Below are positions 35,533 through 44,092 of a stretch of 49,318 nt of DNA, piece by piece. Each line of letters begins with the position of its first letter. The stretch's first letter is position 1. The stretch is taken from the IMG/VR virus record IMGVR_UViG_3300023267_000045, positions 1 through 49,318 of that record; one strand, given 5' to 3'. The translations under genes and the position numbers were made by a program. This DNA comes from a virus (taxonomy: Duplodnaviria > Caudoviricetes). The notes under the pieces were generated by a model, which saw only the letters and a list, made by a program, of their open reading frames with translations, searched no databases and was not told the origin of the DNA.

Positions 35533-35573
35533 ATGTCGTAAAGCGTAGCGTAAAGCGACGTAAAGCGGAAGGC
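35533..35573 (-). promoter_or_regulatory. Second early promoter/operator block, three GCTTTAC boxes
   Basis: 37/41 identical to 41608-41648; TTCCGC-N17-TACGCT on the minus strand. Confidence 0.8.
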
Positions 35574-35577
35574 GGGA

Positions 35578-36105
35578 TCACGAAGAAGCCGCCGCGTCCC
35601 GCATACGCGCAGGGTGAGGGATCTTCGTCGTCAACCCGGTGTACGGGTTCAAGCACCGCTGGCCCGGCTCGGAGCCACAGCCCTTCGGCTTCGGCGGGCA
35701 CGGCGCGGGCAGCGTCTCGTCCCACAGCGCCCGCAGCAACGCGGACTCGTTCCGGCCGCCCGTCGGGTCCGAGCCCACGATCCCGCCCGGCGGCAACGCC
35801 CGCGCAGGCTCGGCACCCCACGACGCGAGCGCCTTCGCCCGCGACCGCTCCAACTCGGCCTCGGTGTGCCGCTCCTCGACCACCTGGCGCCGCGACCACG
35901 CCACCCACTGCACGACGTCCGCAGGGATGATCCGGCGCCGCTGGGCGGTCTCCGAGCGCTCGAACGCCGTCACCGCTTCCAACGCCTCGCCGAGGACCAC
36001 GTCCCCGAGCGCCTCCTGCCACGCCAGGACGTCACCGTCCCCGATGGTGCGCTGGTCGTACGCGGCGATCTTCATCAACAGGTCGAACGTGTCGTCGGTG
36101 TTCAC
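35578..36105 (-). CDS. Replication accessory protein (helicase loader/inhibitor-like) with Zn finger
   Basis: LLMKIAAYDQRT...AWQEAL...IIPADV; CP..CG.EPGQRC...PHPAR; follows the initiator. Confidence 0.7.
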   Translation of the reverse strand: MNTDDTFDLLMKIAAYDQRTIGDGDVLAWQEALGDVVLGEALEAVTAFERSETAQRRRIIPADVVQWVAWSRRQVVEERHTEAELERSRAKALASWGAEPARALPPGGIVGSDPTGGRNESALLRALWDETLPAPCPPKPKGCGSEPGQRCLNPYTGLTTKIPHPARMRDAAASS

Positions 36106-37064
36106 GAGGCAGCTCCAGGAAGGGCTCGAAGGTGGCGGTCATGGCTGGCGTCGTCGTCGAGGCGGCCGTCTGCGCGCCACTGCTCCCGCAGGGCCTGGAC
36201 GGCGGCGACTCGCTGGTCGGTGGTCGAAGGTCGCGCTGGCTGGTGCACGCGCGACCCTGGGACGTCCGGCGTTGTGGCTGCTCGGGCGCTCTGTGCGGCG
36301 TCGTCGTAGCAGTGGGGGAGGAAGGCGGGTCGTCGGCCTTTGGCGGCCCAGAGGTTGAGGGCGGCTTGGAGCAGGGTGGGGTCGACGTCGGCTCGGAGGT
36401 CGTCGCGGAGGCGGTCGATCTCTCGGGCGAGTTCGCGTTGGACGGGGAGGCGGATGGGGGCTTTGAGGGTGCGGGCCCATGTGCTGACGAGGGTCATGGA
36501 GTCGGGGCGGGTGACGGCGGTGGCGTTGAGGTGTTCGAGGGTTGCTCGCGTGCGTGCGCCTGCGCTCGTGCGTGTAGCGCCGCTAGGCGCTTGGTTGTGT
36601 AGTTGGTTAGTAGTGGTCTGGTTGTGTGCACCTCCTGCACTAGCCTGGTGCACCTCCTGCACTAGCCTGGGTGCACGTGGTGCACTAGCTCTGGTGGGGG
36701 GTGGTGCAGCTGGTGCACTAGCTTTCGGGGGTTCCGGGTGTACGTCCTGCACTAGCTTTTCGGTGGTTTTGGGGAGGGCGAGGCGGTACTGGTTGGGGGT
36801 GTGTTCGGCGCGCTGTTGGGCGATGGGGGCGCGCTTCACGCGGAGCCATCCGTCGGCTTCGACGGCGGCGAGGTGGGTGACGATGGCGCGCCGGGAGAGG
36901 CCGGTGTCGGCGGCCAGTTGGGCGTGGCTGGGGGAGAACTCCGCGGGGATGGTTCCGGTGGTGGCGTCGGCGCGGATGGCGAGGACGAGGAGGACGAGCC
37001 GGGACGGTGCGGGCAGGTTGCTCGCGGTGACGGCGCGTTCGAAGTCCCAGCGGTTGGTGTTCAC
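36102..37064 (-). CDS. Replication initiator (N-terminal HTH, internal iterons)
   Basis: RLVLLVLA...PSHAQLAADTGLSRRAIVTHL...GWL...NQY; iteron array in mid-gene. Confidence 0.85.
   Translation of the reverse strand: MNTNRWDFERAVTASNLPAPSRLVLLVLAIRADATTGTIPAEFSPSHAQLAADTGLSRRAIVTHLAAVEADGWLRVKRAPIAQQRAEHTPNQYRLALPKTTEKLVQDVHPEPPKASAPAAPPPTRASAPRAPRLVQEVHQASAGGAHNQTTTNQLHNQAPSGATRTSAGARTRATLEHLNATAVTRPDSMTLVSTWARTLKAPIRLPVQRELAREIDRLRDDLRADVDPTLLQAALNLWAAKGRRPAFLPHCYDDAAQSARAATTPDVPGSRVHQPARPSTTDQRVAAVQALREQWRADGRLDDDASHDRHLRALPGAAS
36626..36756. repeat. Five iterons, putative replication origin
   Basis: TGCACTAGC at 36636, 36658, 36681, 36714, 36748, each preceded by GTGYAS-N4; lower-GC tract at 36591-36625. 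Confidence 0.85.
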
Positions 37065-37126
37065 GGTGGTGCTGCCTCCTGGCGAGGGGGGAGTGGAGGC
37101 GGTTGGTCAGGCCGCTGGTGGTCGGG

Positions 37127-37582
37127 TTACGAGGCGCGCTGGCGGCCAGCGCGGGCTCGGCTGGCCCAGCGGCGGACGTCGGCGTAGTCGGCCTGGAGGT
37201 GCTGTCGGAGGTCGGCTTCGCTGTAGCCGCGGTCGATCAGCATGGTGACGGCCGTGTGTATCTCGGCGGGGTTGAGCGCTCGGGCGGGGAGGACGCCGGC
37301 GAGGGCCATTTCGACGGCGAGGGGGTTCGCGGTGAGGTTCGCGCTGGCGCCGGGGGTGAGGCCTTGCGTCCAGCCGAGGAGTTCGATGGTGGTGCGGGCG
37401 GGGTTGACCATGGCGGCCAGGAGGACGGCGAGCGTGGTGCTGGGGTCGGTGCCGTCGGGGGGTGGGATGGCGTGGATGGCGGCGAGTGCGCCGGCGATGT
37501 CGTCGGGGCCTTCGTCGTGGACGGTGGCGACGAGTCGCATGGCGAGGGGGATGAGGGTTTCGGTGTAGGTCTCGCGGTCCAC
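37127..37582 (-). CDS. Hypothetical protein with C-terminal HTH-like segment
   Basis: AAGGAG RBS; RLVATVHDEGP...LAVLLAAMV...RGYSEADLRQHL. Confidence 0.7.
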   Translation of the reverse strand: MDRETYTETLIPLAMRLVATVHDEGPDDIAGALAAIHAIPPPDGTDPSTTLAVLLAAMVNPARTTIELLGWTQGLTPGASANLTANPLAVEMALAGVLPARALNPAEIHTAVTMLIDRGYSEADLRQHLQADYADVRRWASRARAGRQRAS

Positions 37583-37602
37583 GGTTCTCCTTGGTGTGTA
37601 AC

Positions 37603-37642
37603 GGGTTGCGGCCCGTGCCCAGGGGGAGTGGGCGCGGGTTGC
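37603..37642 (-). terminator. Intergenic hairpin
   Basis: GCGGCCCGTGCCCA...TGGGCGCGGGTTGC imperfect stem. Confidence 0.45.
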
Positions 37643-37659
37643 TGGTCTGGTGTGGACGG

Positions 37660-38025
37660 TCAGGCGGTCGCGGCACGCGGTAACGGCGTCGCGGTGGTGC
37701 GGTTGCCGAGCCACCAGCCGTTGCGGGAGCCTTTGCGGGCGCGGGCGGAAGAGGGGACGAGGCCGGGCTGGCGGAGGATGCGGTGCGACGACGCCCACTG
37801 GCCCATGACGCTGCTGACGAGGTTGCGGTCGTAGCCGCCGGGGATCTCGTGCTGGACGAGGCGGTGGACGTCGTCGGCGGTGAACGGCCGGTGGTTGCGG
37901 GCGCACAGGGCGACGGCGGTCTCCACGACGCCGCGGTGGTCGCGGTGGGCCGCGGTGCCGGCGGCGAGGTTGGCTTCCTGCCCGGCCCGCCGGTCGGCGA
38001 GCGCGAGTTCCAGTTGGTCAGGCAC
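37660..38025 (-). CDS. Hypothetical, possible winged-helix protein
   Basis: AGGAG RBS; PFTADDV...NLVSSVM...W. Confidence 0.65.
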   Translation of the reverse strand: MPDQLELALADRRAGQEANLAAGTAAHRDHRGVVETAVALCARNHRPFTADDVHRLVQHEIPGGYDRNLVSSVMGQWASSHRILRQPGLVPSSARARKGSRNGWWLGNRTTATPLPRAATA

Positions 38026-38263
38026 GGTCGTCTCCTGGGCAGCAGTCGGCGCGGAACTCGTCCGTCGGGGTGTCGGTGCGCTCGTACTTGATGGCTTGGG
38101 GCGGGTAGAACGGGGTGCGGCACCGGGCGCACTGGCCGGGCCGCTGCGTCGTCGACCACCCGGACCGGAGGAGCTGTTCGCGGACCTCGGGGGTGGCGGG
38201 CTCCGAGGTACCAGCGGCGCGACGGGAGGCGTTCCGGGCGATGGTGCGGGCGGTGTCAGACAT
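38018..38263 (-). CDS. Small Cys-containing protein
   Basis: PGQCARCRTPF...ADCC; GGAGGG RBS. Confidence 0.6.
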   Translation of the reverse strand: MSDTARTIARNASRRAAGTSEPATPEVREQLLRSGWSTTQRPGQCARCRTPFYPPQAIKYERTDTPTDEFRADCCPGDDRA

Positions 38264-38825
38264 CGCGGGCCAGCCCCTCCAGTTCGAGCACCTGCTCGGG
38301 CTCGAACCCGACCGGCTTCCCGGCGGCGTGCGCCTCGTGCCACTCCCAGATCAGCTCGTGCACGGTGTCGCCGGAGTCCCAGGCGTCGCCGAGCAGCTTG
38401 CTGATCGCGGCGGCGCGGGTGGGTGCGGCAGCGGCGAGTTCGGCCATGACCGCCACGACCGCGAACGCGGTGCAGAGGTGCGCGATCCGCATGCTGCTCT
38501 CGGCCGGGGTCTCGCCGCCGGTGCCGAAGATGTGCTCGGTGGCGGCTTTCCCGCTGTGCAGGAAGTCGCCGATGATCGCGGCTGGGGTGTTGGGCGCATC
38601 CGTCCAGTTCCGCTTGGGCGGGTCGATCACGTCGGCGCGGCGGGCCAGTTCGGAGGCGAGCTGCCGCATCTGGGCCGGGGACAGCAGCACGCTGGGGCCG
38701 TCGCCGTCGCGGGCGACCCACAGGTTCGCGGCTTCGCTGTCGGCGGTGGTCTCCTCCAGCACGAGGCTGGTGGTGCCGCGAGCGCCCTGCCACGTGCGGG
38801 CGTCGAACCTCTTGGGCTTGCTCAT
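38256..38825 (-). CDS. Hypothetical protein
   Basis: GGAAGGA RBS; ATGA coupling. Confidence 0.65.
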   Translation of the reverse strand: MSKPKRFDARTWQGARGTTSLVLEETTADSEAANLWVARDGDGPSVLLSPAQMRQLASELARRADVIDPPKRNWTDAPNTPAAIIGDFLHSGKAATEHIFGTGGETPAESSMRIAHLCTAFAVVAVMAELAAAAPTRAAAISKLLGDAWDSGDTVHELIWEWHEAHAAGKPVGFEPEQVLELEGLARDV

Positions 38826-39094
38826 GCGGTTCGTCCTTCCTGGTCTTGGGCGGTGAGGTGCCAGACCGGGCGGCCGTTGTGGCGGCGGCACCGGATGACG
38901 TGGGCTTCCATCGGCGCGCCAGCCCGGTAGCCGGGCGTCGACCACATCGCGCCGAGCGCGGCATCGGCGGCCTCGGGCGACGTGTAGATGCGCAGCGGGC
39001 AGTGCCACTGGGGTGGCGGGGGTTGGCGCTGCTCCAGCGGCGGCCGGACCGGGTGGAACGGCCGCCGCTGAGGCATCGACGCGGGCGAGTTCAC
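38822..39094 (-). CDS. Small phage protein (C...WHLT motif)
   Basis: CPLRIYTSPEAA...RCRRH..WHLT; coupled. Confidence 0.6.
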   Translation of the reverse strand: MNSPASMPQRRPFHPVRPPLEQRQPPPPQWHCPLRIYTSPEAADAALGAMWSTPGYRAGAPMEAHVIRCRRHNGRPVWHLTAQDQEGRTA

Positions 39095-40098
39095 GCCGCG
39101 CCCTTCTTCGGCTTCGGCTTGGCCACCAACTTCAGCTCGACGCGGCGGCTGCCGGTCTTCATCGGCGGCTTCGCCCCGACCTTCGCGTACTCGAACTTCA
39201 CCGCGTCGCCGTCGAGGTACTCGGGTTCGGTGATCGACCACTGGAGGCACTTGCCGCCCGGCAGACCGACGTCGATCGGGTCAGACTTCCCCAAGTCGTT
39301 GGGGCGCAACGCGTCCAGCGCGCCCTTCGCCTCGTCCTCCAGCGCCTTCGCGGCCTTGACCGCAGCGCGCGCGTCGACGAGCTGCTGCGCCCACTTCAAC
39401 TGGTCCGGGTCCTCGACGAGCAGCACGCTGCGCGGGTCGCGGTTGGGGACCGCGCCCTCCCAGCAGGTGTCGAGGAACGGGCAGTGCCCGCAGAACGCGG
39501 TGTCGGGCGCGTAGTCCCGGTTCAGCATCTCGAGGTCGGCCTGGCGGACGTTCTCCAGCCAGTCCAGCGCGTCCCGCACCCACTGCGGGTCGAACTTCCC
39601 CTCCCACCGGTGGAGTTCGCCGGTGTCGCGGGCGAGGTAGTCGATGATGACCCGCCGGACCTTGCGGCCTTCCTGGATCAGCGCGGCACCGTAGCCGCCG
39701 AGCTGCCAGAGGTGGTTGCGGTCGGGCCCGTGGAGCTTGATGTGCTCCAGCCACCTGGAGGAGGTGGTCTTGACGTCGATGAGGGTGGCGGTGTCGGCCT
39801 CGTACCGGTCGAGGTGACCGGGGATGCCGGCGAACACGACGGGGTGCTCGACGAGGTCGTCGGGGGCCGCGATCTCGTTGAGGACGCGCTGGACGGCGTC
39901 GTGGATGGCGGTGCCCATGACGGCCTGGACAGAGCCGCCCGCGTTCGACGGCTCGACCCCGGCCAGCCGGTAGCCAGCGCGGCGGCGGCAGCCGCCGATC
40001 TCGGACCAGCCGAGCTGCCGCTGGCGGGACCGCGGCCGCTGCCGGTCCCACTCCAGCAGCAGGTCCGCGGTCGTGCGCTCGTTCTCGGTGGTCGTCAC
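39091..40098 (-). CDS. Cas4-like PD-(D/E)XK exonuclease
   Basis: SEIGGCRR, GTAIHD, GHLD...IDVKT, QLGGY, CGHCPFLDTC. Confidence 0.88.
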   Translation of the reverse strand: MTTTENERTTADLLLEWDRQRPRSRQRQLGWSEIGGCRRRAGYRLAGVEPSNAGGSVQAVMGTAIHDAVQRVLNEIAAPDDLVEHPVVFAGIPGHLDRYEADTATLIDVKTTSSRWLEHIKLHGPDRNHLWQLGGYGAALIQEGRKVRRVIIDYLARDTGELHRWEGKFDPQWVRDALDWLENVRQADLEMLNRDYAPDTAFCGHCPFLDTCWEGAVPNRDPRSVLLVEDPDQLKWAQQLVDARAAVKAAKALEDEAKGALDALRPNDLGKSDPIDVGLPGGKCLQWSITEPEYLDGDAVKFEYAKVGAKPPMKTGSRRVELKLVAKPKPKKGAA

Positions 40099-40880
40099 CG
40101 GGCACCGCCGGGCTGTGCGACCTCGGGCCAGCCGGTTACGTCGGTCGGGTCGTCGACGACCTCGGCGTCGACCGGCTGGTCGCGCTCGGCCGCGATGGCG
40201 TTCACCTCGGCCAGCAGCGCGTCGTCGTCCGCTTCCGGATCAGCCGCGGGTGCGGGCGCGGCGGGTGCGGTCGCCTGGTCGACGCGTTCGGCGGCCACCT
40301 GCGCTAGCGTCGGCCGCTCGGGCTCCTGGACGGTCATCTCGAACTCGTCGTAGAAGCCCAACGCGATCTCCGGGCACGCCCGACGGCACGCGGTGGACGC
40401 AGCGCGGGCGTAGAGCATCGCGTGCGGGTGGTTCCGCCACGTCGAGTTGGACAGCAGCCCGGCGACGCGGGCCTGCTCCAGCGTGTACGTGACGCGCGTC
40501 GGGTGGCCGGGGTCGTCCGACCGCTCGACCTCCACGGTGCACGACTCCGGGGTCTCGTCGATCACCCGGAACTTGTGGCCAGCCCGCCGGGTGAGCGCGA
40601 CCCACAGCTGCGCGGAGATCGTCGGCCGGCCCTTGACGACGTAGATCGACTGGATGGCCTGCATCGGCGCGAGGCCGAGTTCCTGGCCGTAGAGGACCGT
40701 CACCAGGACGTCGGACGGCTTGCCGCGCAGCGTGTCCGGCAGCAGGCTCGACGCGGCGAGGTTGCCCGACAGGCGGTACGCGGTGTCGAAGTCGTTCTGC
40801 GGGCGACCGAGCGCGACGGGCTGCTTCGGGCGCTGGCCCTGGCCGTTGGTGGGGGCGAGGCCGTTGCTGGGCTGGGTCAT
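40095..40880 (-). CDS. recT: RecT-like single-strand annealing protein
   Basis: LLPDTLRGKP...GQELGLAPMQAIQSIYVVKGRP...W..HP.AML.ARA...CPE; paired with the exonuclease. Confidence 0.82.
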   Translation of the reverse strand: MTQPSNGLAPTNGQGQRPKQPVALGRPQNDFDTAYRLSGNLAASSLLPDTLRGKPSDVLVTVLYGQELGLAPMQAIQSIYVVKGRPTISAQLWVALTRRAGHKFRVIDETPESCTVEVERSDDPGHPTRVTYTLEQARVAGLLSNSTWRNHPHAMLYARAASTACRRACPEIALGFYDEFEMTVQEPERPTLAQVAAERVDQATAPAAPAPAADPEADDDALLAEVNAIAAERDQPVDAEVVDDPTDVTGWPEVAQPGGAR

Positions 40881-41011
40881 GACTGCTGTGTCCCTTCGGC
40901 TGCCTTGCGCAGCTCTTCGTCGAGTTCCTTCTGGGTCTGCTGGTTGTCGAGCTCGGTGCTGCCGACGACGAGCCGCTCGGCGGCCTCGCGGGCCTTGTCG
41001 CGCCAGCTCAT
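40877..41011 (-). CDS. 44-aa hypothetical protein
   Basis: ATGA overlaps at both ends. Confidence 0.55.
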   Translation of the reverse strand: MSWRDKAREAAERLVVGSTELDNQQTQKELDEELRKAAEGTQQS

Positions 41012-41307
41012 GCCGCCAGCTCCAGCCGGATCGGGTGGCGGGAGCCCTCGCGCTGCTCGGCGTGCGCCGCCGCCAACACCGGCTCCGTGCAGGCGCGGCA
41101 GCAGTCGCGCGCGGCCCAAGCGGTCGAGTCGTCGGGCGGGTCGCCGATCACTCGGACCGTGGTGATCGCGTCGACCTCGGCGCACCACTCGCACTGGGCG
41201 GCCGGGATGTCGCTGGCGGTGGTGACCTTCACGCCCCAGTACTCGGCGAGGAACGCCACGAGGTCGGGGGTGGGTGGGGTGACAGGTGCCGGTATGGTTG
41301 TCGTCAT
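41008..41307 (-). CDS. Small Cys-rich protein
   Basis: QCEWC...DCCRAC; GGAAGG RBS. Confidence 0.65.
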   Translation of the reverse strand: MTTTIPAPVTPPTPDLVAFLAEYWGVKVTTASDIPAAQCEWCAEVDAITTVRVIGDPPDDSTAWAARDCCRACTEPVLAAAHAEQREGSRHPIRLELAA

Positions 41308-41333
41308 CGGTGCCTTCCGGGGCGTCGTCTCCT

Positions 41334-41378
41334 GGAAAGCCCGCTCCCGAGGTGGTTCTCGGTCCGAGCGGGCTTTCC
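41334..41378 (-). terminator. Hairpin after the cro-like gene
   Basis: GGAAAGCCCGCTC...GAGCGGGCTTTCC 13-bp stem. Confidence 0.65.
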
Positions 41379-41390
41379 GCATTTCTGGGG

Positions 41391-41609
41391 TCAAGCTGCG
41401 TGGATGTGCAGGTCTGCGGGGCGGACGCCGAGGGCGTCGGCGATCCGCTTGACGACTGGGGGCCGCGGGTTCCGGTGGCCGGACTCGATCAGCGACATGT
41501 AGGGCAGGGAGATGCCTGCCGCTGCTGCGAGCGTGGTCAGGGTGTGGCCGCGGTCGATGCGGAGGGCTTCGAGGTCTGCCCTTCGCTGGGGGAGGTCGGT
41601 GCTGGCCAT
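41391..41609 (-). CDS. Cro-like XRE HTH protein
   Basis: LRIDRGHTLTTLAAAAGISLPYMSLIESGHRNP; divergent from the repressor; leaderless. Confidence 0.88.
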   Translation of the reverse strand: MASTDLPQRRADLEALRIDRGHTLTTLAAAAGISLPYMSLIESGHRNPRPPVVKRIADALGVRPADLHIHAA

Positions 41610-41767
41610 GTCGTAAAGCGTACTGTAAAGCGTTGTAAAGCGGAAGGCTTGGTTCTGCCGTTTGGTCCAGCAACACGAGAAGTGCGTCGAACACCTGTGT
41701 GGACCGGTGGTCCAAGAGTGGGCTTTACGACCAACAGCTAGCTTTACGGCGCTTTACGCTGGATCAT
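41608..41767. promoter_or_regulatory. Immunity switch with six GCTTTAC operator boxes
   Basis: Minus-strand boxes at 41613, 41625, 41635; plus-strand boxes at 41722, 41741, 41751; TACGCT-N7-ATG for cro. Confidence 0.8.
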
Positions 41768-41775
41768 TGAGCCCT

Positions 41776-42225
41776 GTGAGCGACCAACCACACTGGCCCC
41801 TAGGCGCAGCCCTTGAGGCAGCGCGCATCCGTCGGGGGATGGGCAAGAGTGAGGCCGCCCGAGCAGCAGGCATCAGCCCCACGCTCTGGGTCACCCTCGA
41901 ACGCGGCTACGAAGTCAAGCGCGGCAGCCGGTTCAACGCCAACCCCAAAGCCGACACCGTCGTGCGCGCCGCCAGCGCCGTACGACTCGACATCGACGAG
42001 GCACTCCGCCTCGCGGGCCACACCCGCAGCGACATCACCGACCACGACCTGCTCGCGGGCATCAACCTGCCGCCAACACCGGACCTCACCGCGGTACCCG
42101 ACGACGACCTCCTGGCAGAACTCGCCCGCCGCGTGAAGAGGCAGCCCAACCGCCACTTCCGCACGGGCCTGTCGACGGACGTCTCCGACGAAGCGCCGAG
42201 GCTGGAAGCGGTCAGGGACGAGTAG
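41776..42225 (+). CDS. CI-like immunity repressor (XRE HTH)
   Basis: LEAARIRRGMGKSEAARAAGISPTLWVTLERG; start reassigned to GTG 41776. Confidence 0.82.
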   Translation: MSDQPHWPLGAALEAARIRRGMGKSEAARAAGISPTLWVTLERGYEVKRGSRFNANPKADTVVRAASAVRLDIDEALRLAGHTRSDITDHDLLAGINLPPTPDLTAVPDDDLLAELARRVKRQPNRHFRTGLSTDVSDEAPRLEAVRDE

Positions 42226-42338
42226 CTCACCAGCCCTTACTACGCTTCGTCACGGGGGAAGCCAAGTAAGTTGCGCCGACCGGGTGACCTTGAGATTCCA
42301 CCCGTAACGGACACAAGATCAGCGACGCTCAGCAGAGC

Positions 42339-42671
42339 GTGACCACCAACGACGAAGACTTCGCAGCGCTGTTCGCAGTCGGCTACGCCGCCGCCCACCA
42401 GTTGCCGTCGATCACCCTGATGGTCGACGACGACCTGGACACGCCGGCCCGCGTCTACCACGACACGAACACCATCGTGGTGCGCAGCCACCTGCCGATC
42501 GCACGCGCGCGGGACCTCATACGACGCTGCGTCGGCGTGCTCTGTCAGGCAACAGTGGTCGAGCGAGATGATGGGGAGGGCACGGAGTGGGCCACGGACG
42601 TGGCGGCCAGCGGGACCCACGGGCCGCGTGCGGTGCCCTCGCGCGGTCGGCCGGACCTACGTCTGGTGTAG
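42339..42671 (+). CDS. Hypothetical protein, weakly ImmA/IrrE-like but lacking HExxH
   Basis: Between repressor and att; RVYHDTNTIVVRSHL pattern. Confidence 0.55.
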   Translation: MTTNDEDFAALFAVGYAAAHQLPSITLMVDDDLDTPARVYHDTNTIVVRSHLPIARARDLIRRCVGVLCQATVVERDDGEGTEWATDVAASGTHGPRAVPSRGRPDLRLV

Positions 42672-42759
42672 ATCGTTTTGAGCGTCCTTGACCCGTCGCG
42701 CTACGCTTAGCACCGACCTCGCATTACCTGGCCGAGTACAGCGCTCCCAGTGTCCGAAG

Positions 42760-42802
42760 CTGGGGGTCAAGGGGTCGCAGGTTCGAATCCTGTCGTCCCG
42801 AC
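42760..42802 (+). other. att core: 3' half of tRNA-Pro(GGG), shared prophage attR / AICE boundary
   Basis: CTGGGGG anticodon loop, TCAAG, CAGGTTCGAATCCTG T-arm, CGTCCCGAC; no D-arm or 5' acceptor strand upstream. Confidence 0.88.
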
Positions 42803-42808
42803 GGTCTG

Positions 42809-42857
42809 AAAAAGCCCTGCTGAACAGGTATATTGCCTGCTCGGCAGGGCTTTTTCG
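42809..42857. terminator. Terminator hairpin between att and AICE int
   Basis: GAAAAAGCCCTGC...GCAGGGCTTTTTC. Confidence 0.75.
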
Positions 42858-42883
42858 TGTCTTCGGATGGATCATGACTTGAT

Positions 42884-44092
42884 CTAGACGGCCCGCAGTT
42901 GGGGACCACTTGGGGACCGCCCCGTGTCCAGGTAGGCCGTGAGCGAGTCGCCGGCGTCGTGGATGGTCTGAAGATCCGGGTGCAGGTACCGCTGTGTCGT
43001 GGTCAGCGATCCATGTCCCGCGATCTTGCGGAGAACGTGCAGAGGAACCCCTGCGTCCGCCATCCACGTGAGCCCGGTATGCCGGAGATCGTGCCGCCGG
43101 AGGTGTTCGTATCCGAGCTTGGTGACCACCTCGTCCCAATGCGTCGCGTCCCGAAGAACCGCCGTCGAGATCCGCCCACCGCGAGGACCGGTGAACAATC
43201 GGGCCGCCGGATCCGGTCCGATCGCGTCCAACCGACTGGCGACCAGGTCTCGAACTTCCGGGATCAACGGCACCTTTCGCGCACGTTTGCCCTTGGTGCC
43301 CTTGTCGATCAATCCGCCGGGTCCGGTGGTGGTCTGACGGCGGACGGTCCATATCCAGGTACGCCGATCGATGTCCCCACCACGGACGCCGGAGACCTCC
43401 CCGATTCGAGCCGCGGTGGACGCCGCGAACAAGACGACGTTGCCCCACCCGGCGAATTGGCCCGATGAGCGAGCAACGAGCGCGGTGGCCAAGGCGGTGA
43501 GCGTGTCCCAATCCGGCAGAGCGAGTGAACGCGGGTCGTCCAATTCATCCTCGGCGCGGGCGTACTCGTGCTGCCACCCGGTTACCCGAGCGGGGTTCTT
43601 CTCCACGATTCCGTCTCGCAATGCCTGTTCCATGATCCGGACAAGTACCGCGATGCTGTTCTTCACCGTGGACCGGCTGTACTCCTCAGCGATCCACGCG
43701 TGCACAGCCCGGTCGACCACACCATGGGTGATCATGGCAACCGGTAGGTGCCCAATGGTCGGCACGACGCGCTTTCGCCACCCTGCCAGGTACGGATCAA
43801 GGGTCTTCTTCTCCAAGCCGCGGAGCGCCAGGGTGGACACCGCTTCGCCGTACTCGGAGAGCGTCATCGTGGCCATGGTCGGTGTGACGCCGAGCTGCGC
43901 CAGGCGCACGAGCTTGTCGATCCACTCCTGTGCAGCCTCAGCGGTGTCGAACGCCTCTGACTTGGACGGCCGCTTCTTCGTCACCGGGTCGACCCAGCGA
44001 ACCCGAGCCCGGTAGGGACTCGCCCTGTTTGCACGAACCTCGATGTCCGAGGACAGCGGAACGCCGACAGGCGTGATGGGCCGCGCACTCAT
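42884..44092 (-). CDS. int: AICE tyrosine integrase
   Basis: AARIGEV, GTKGK, RRHDLRH, AGHGSLTTTQRY. Confidence 0.95.
   Translation of the reverse strand: MSARPITPVGVPLSSDIEVRANRASPYRARVRWVDPVTKKRPSKSEAFDTAEAAQEWIDKLVRLAQLGVTPTMATMTLSEYGEAVSTLALRGLEKKTLDPYLAGWRKRVVPTIGHLPVAMITHGVVDRAVHAWIAEEYSRSTVKNSIAVLVRIMEQALRDGIVEKNPARVTGWQHEYARAEDELDDPRSLALPDWDTLTALATALVARSSGQFAGWGNVVLFAASTAARIGEVSGVRGGDIDRRTWIWTVRRQTTTGPGGLIDKGTKGKRARKVPLIPEVRDLVASRLDAIGPDPAARLFTGPRGGRISTAVLRDATHWDEVVTKLGYEHLRRHDLRHTGLTWMADAGVPLHVLRKIAGHGSLTTTQRYLHPDLQTIHDAGDSLTAYLDTGRSPSGPQLRAV
42899..42918. repeat. Direct repeat, candidate integrase arm-type sites
   Basis: TTGGGGACC twice with 11-bp spacing in the int 3' end, about 100 bp from the att core. 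Confidence 0.55.

Larger units (their letters stand above)
1..42802. mobile_element. Siphovirus-like prophage integrated at tRNA-Pro; left boundary just outside the window
   Basis: Integrase at left; full tail/head/packaging/lysis/replication/immunity gene set; ends at a duplicated tRNA-Pro 3' half. Confidence 0.93.

Noticed and set aside
36626-36756. Short repeats as a CRISPR array
   Set aside because: Units and spacers are too short and lie inside the initiator CDS; they fit iterons.
39091-40098. Cas4-like gene as evidence of CRISPR-Cas
   Set aside because: No array or other cas genes; it pairs with a RecT-like gene as a phage recombination module.
42308-42341. GGACAC...GACGCT upstream of 42339 as a late-motif copy
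   Set aside because: Spacer is one base longer and the start codon is 9 nt from the hexamer, so the geometry does not match.
42238-42750. CTACGCTT copies near attR as phage integrase arm sites
   Set aside because: Only two distant short copies, and the matching left arm is outside the window; not supportable.
42720-42802. Intact tRNA-Pro gene
   Set aside because: Only the anticodon loop to 3' end is present; upstream sequence cannot form the D-arm or acceptor stem.
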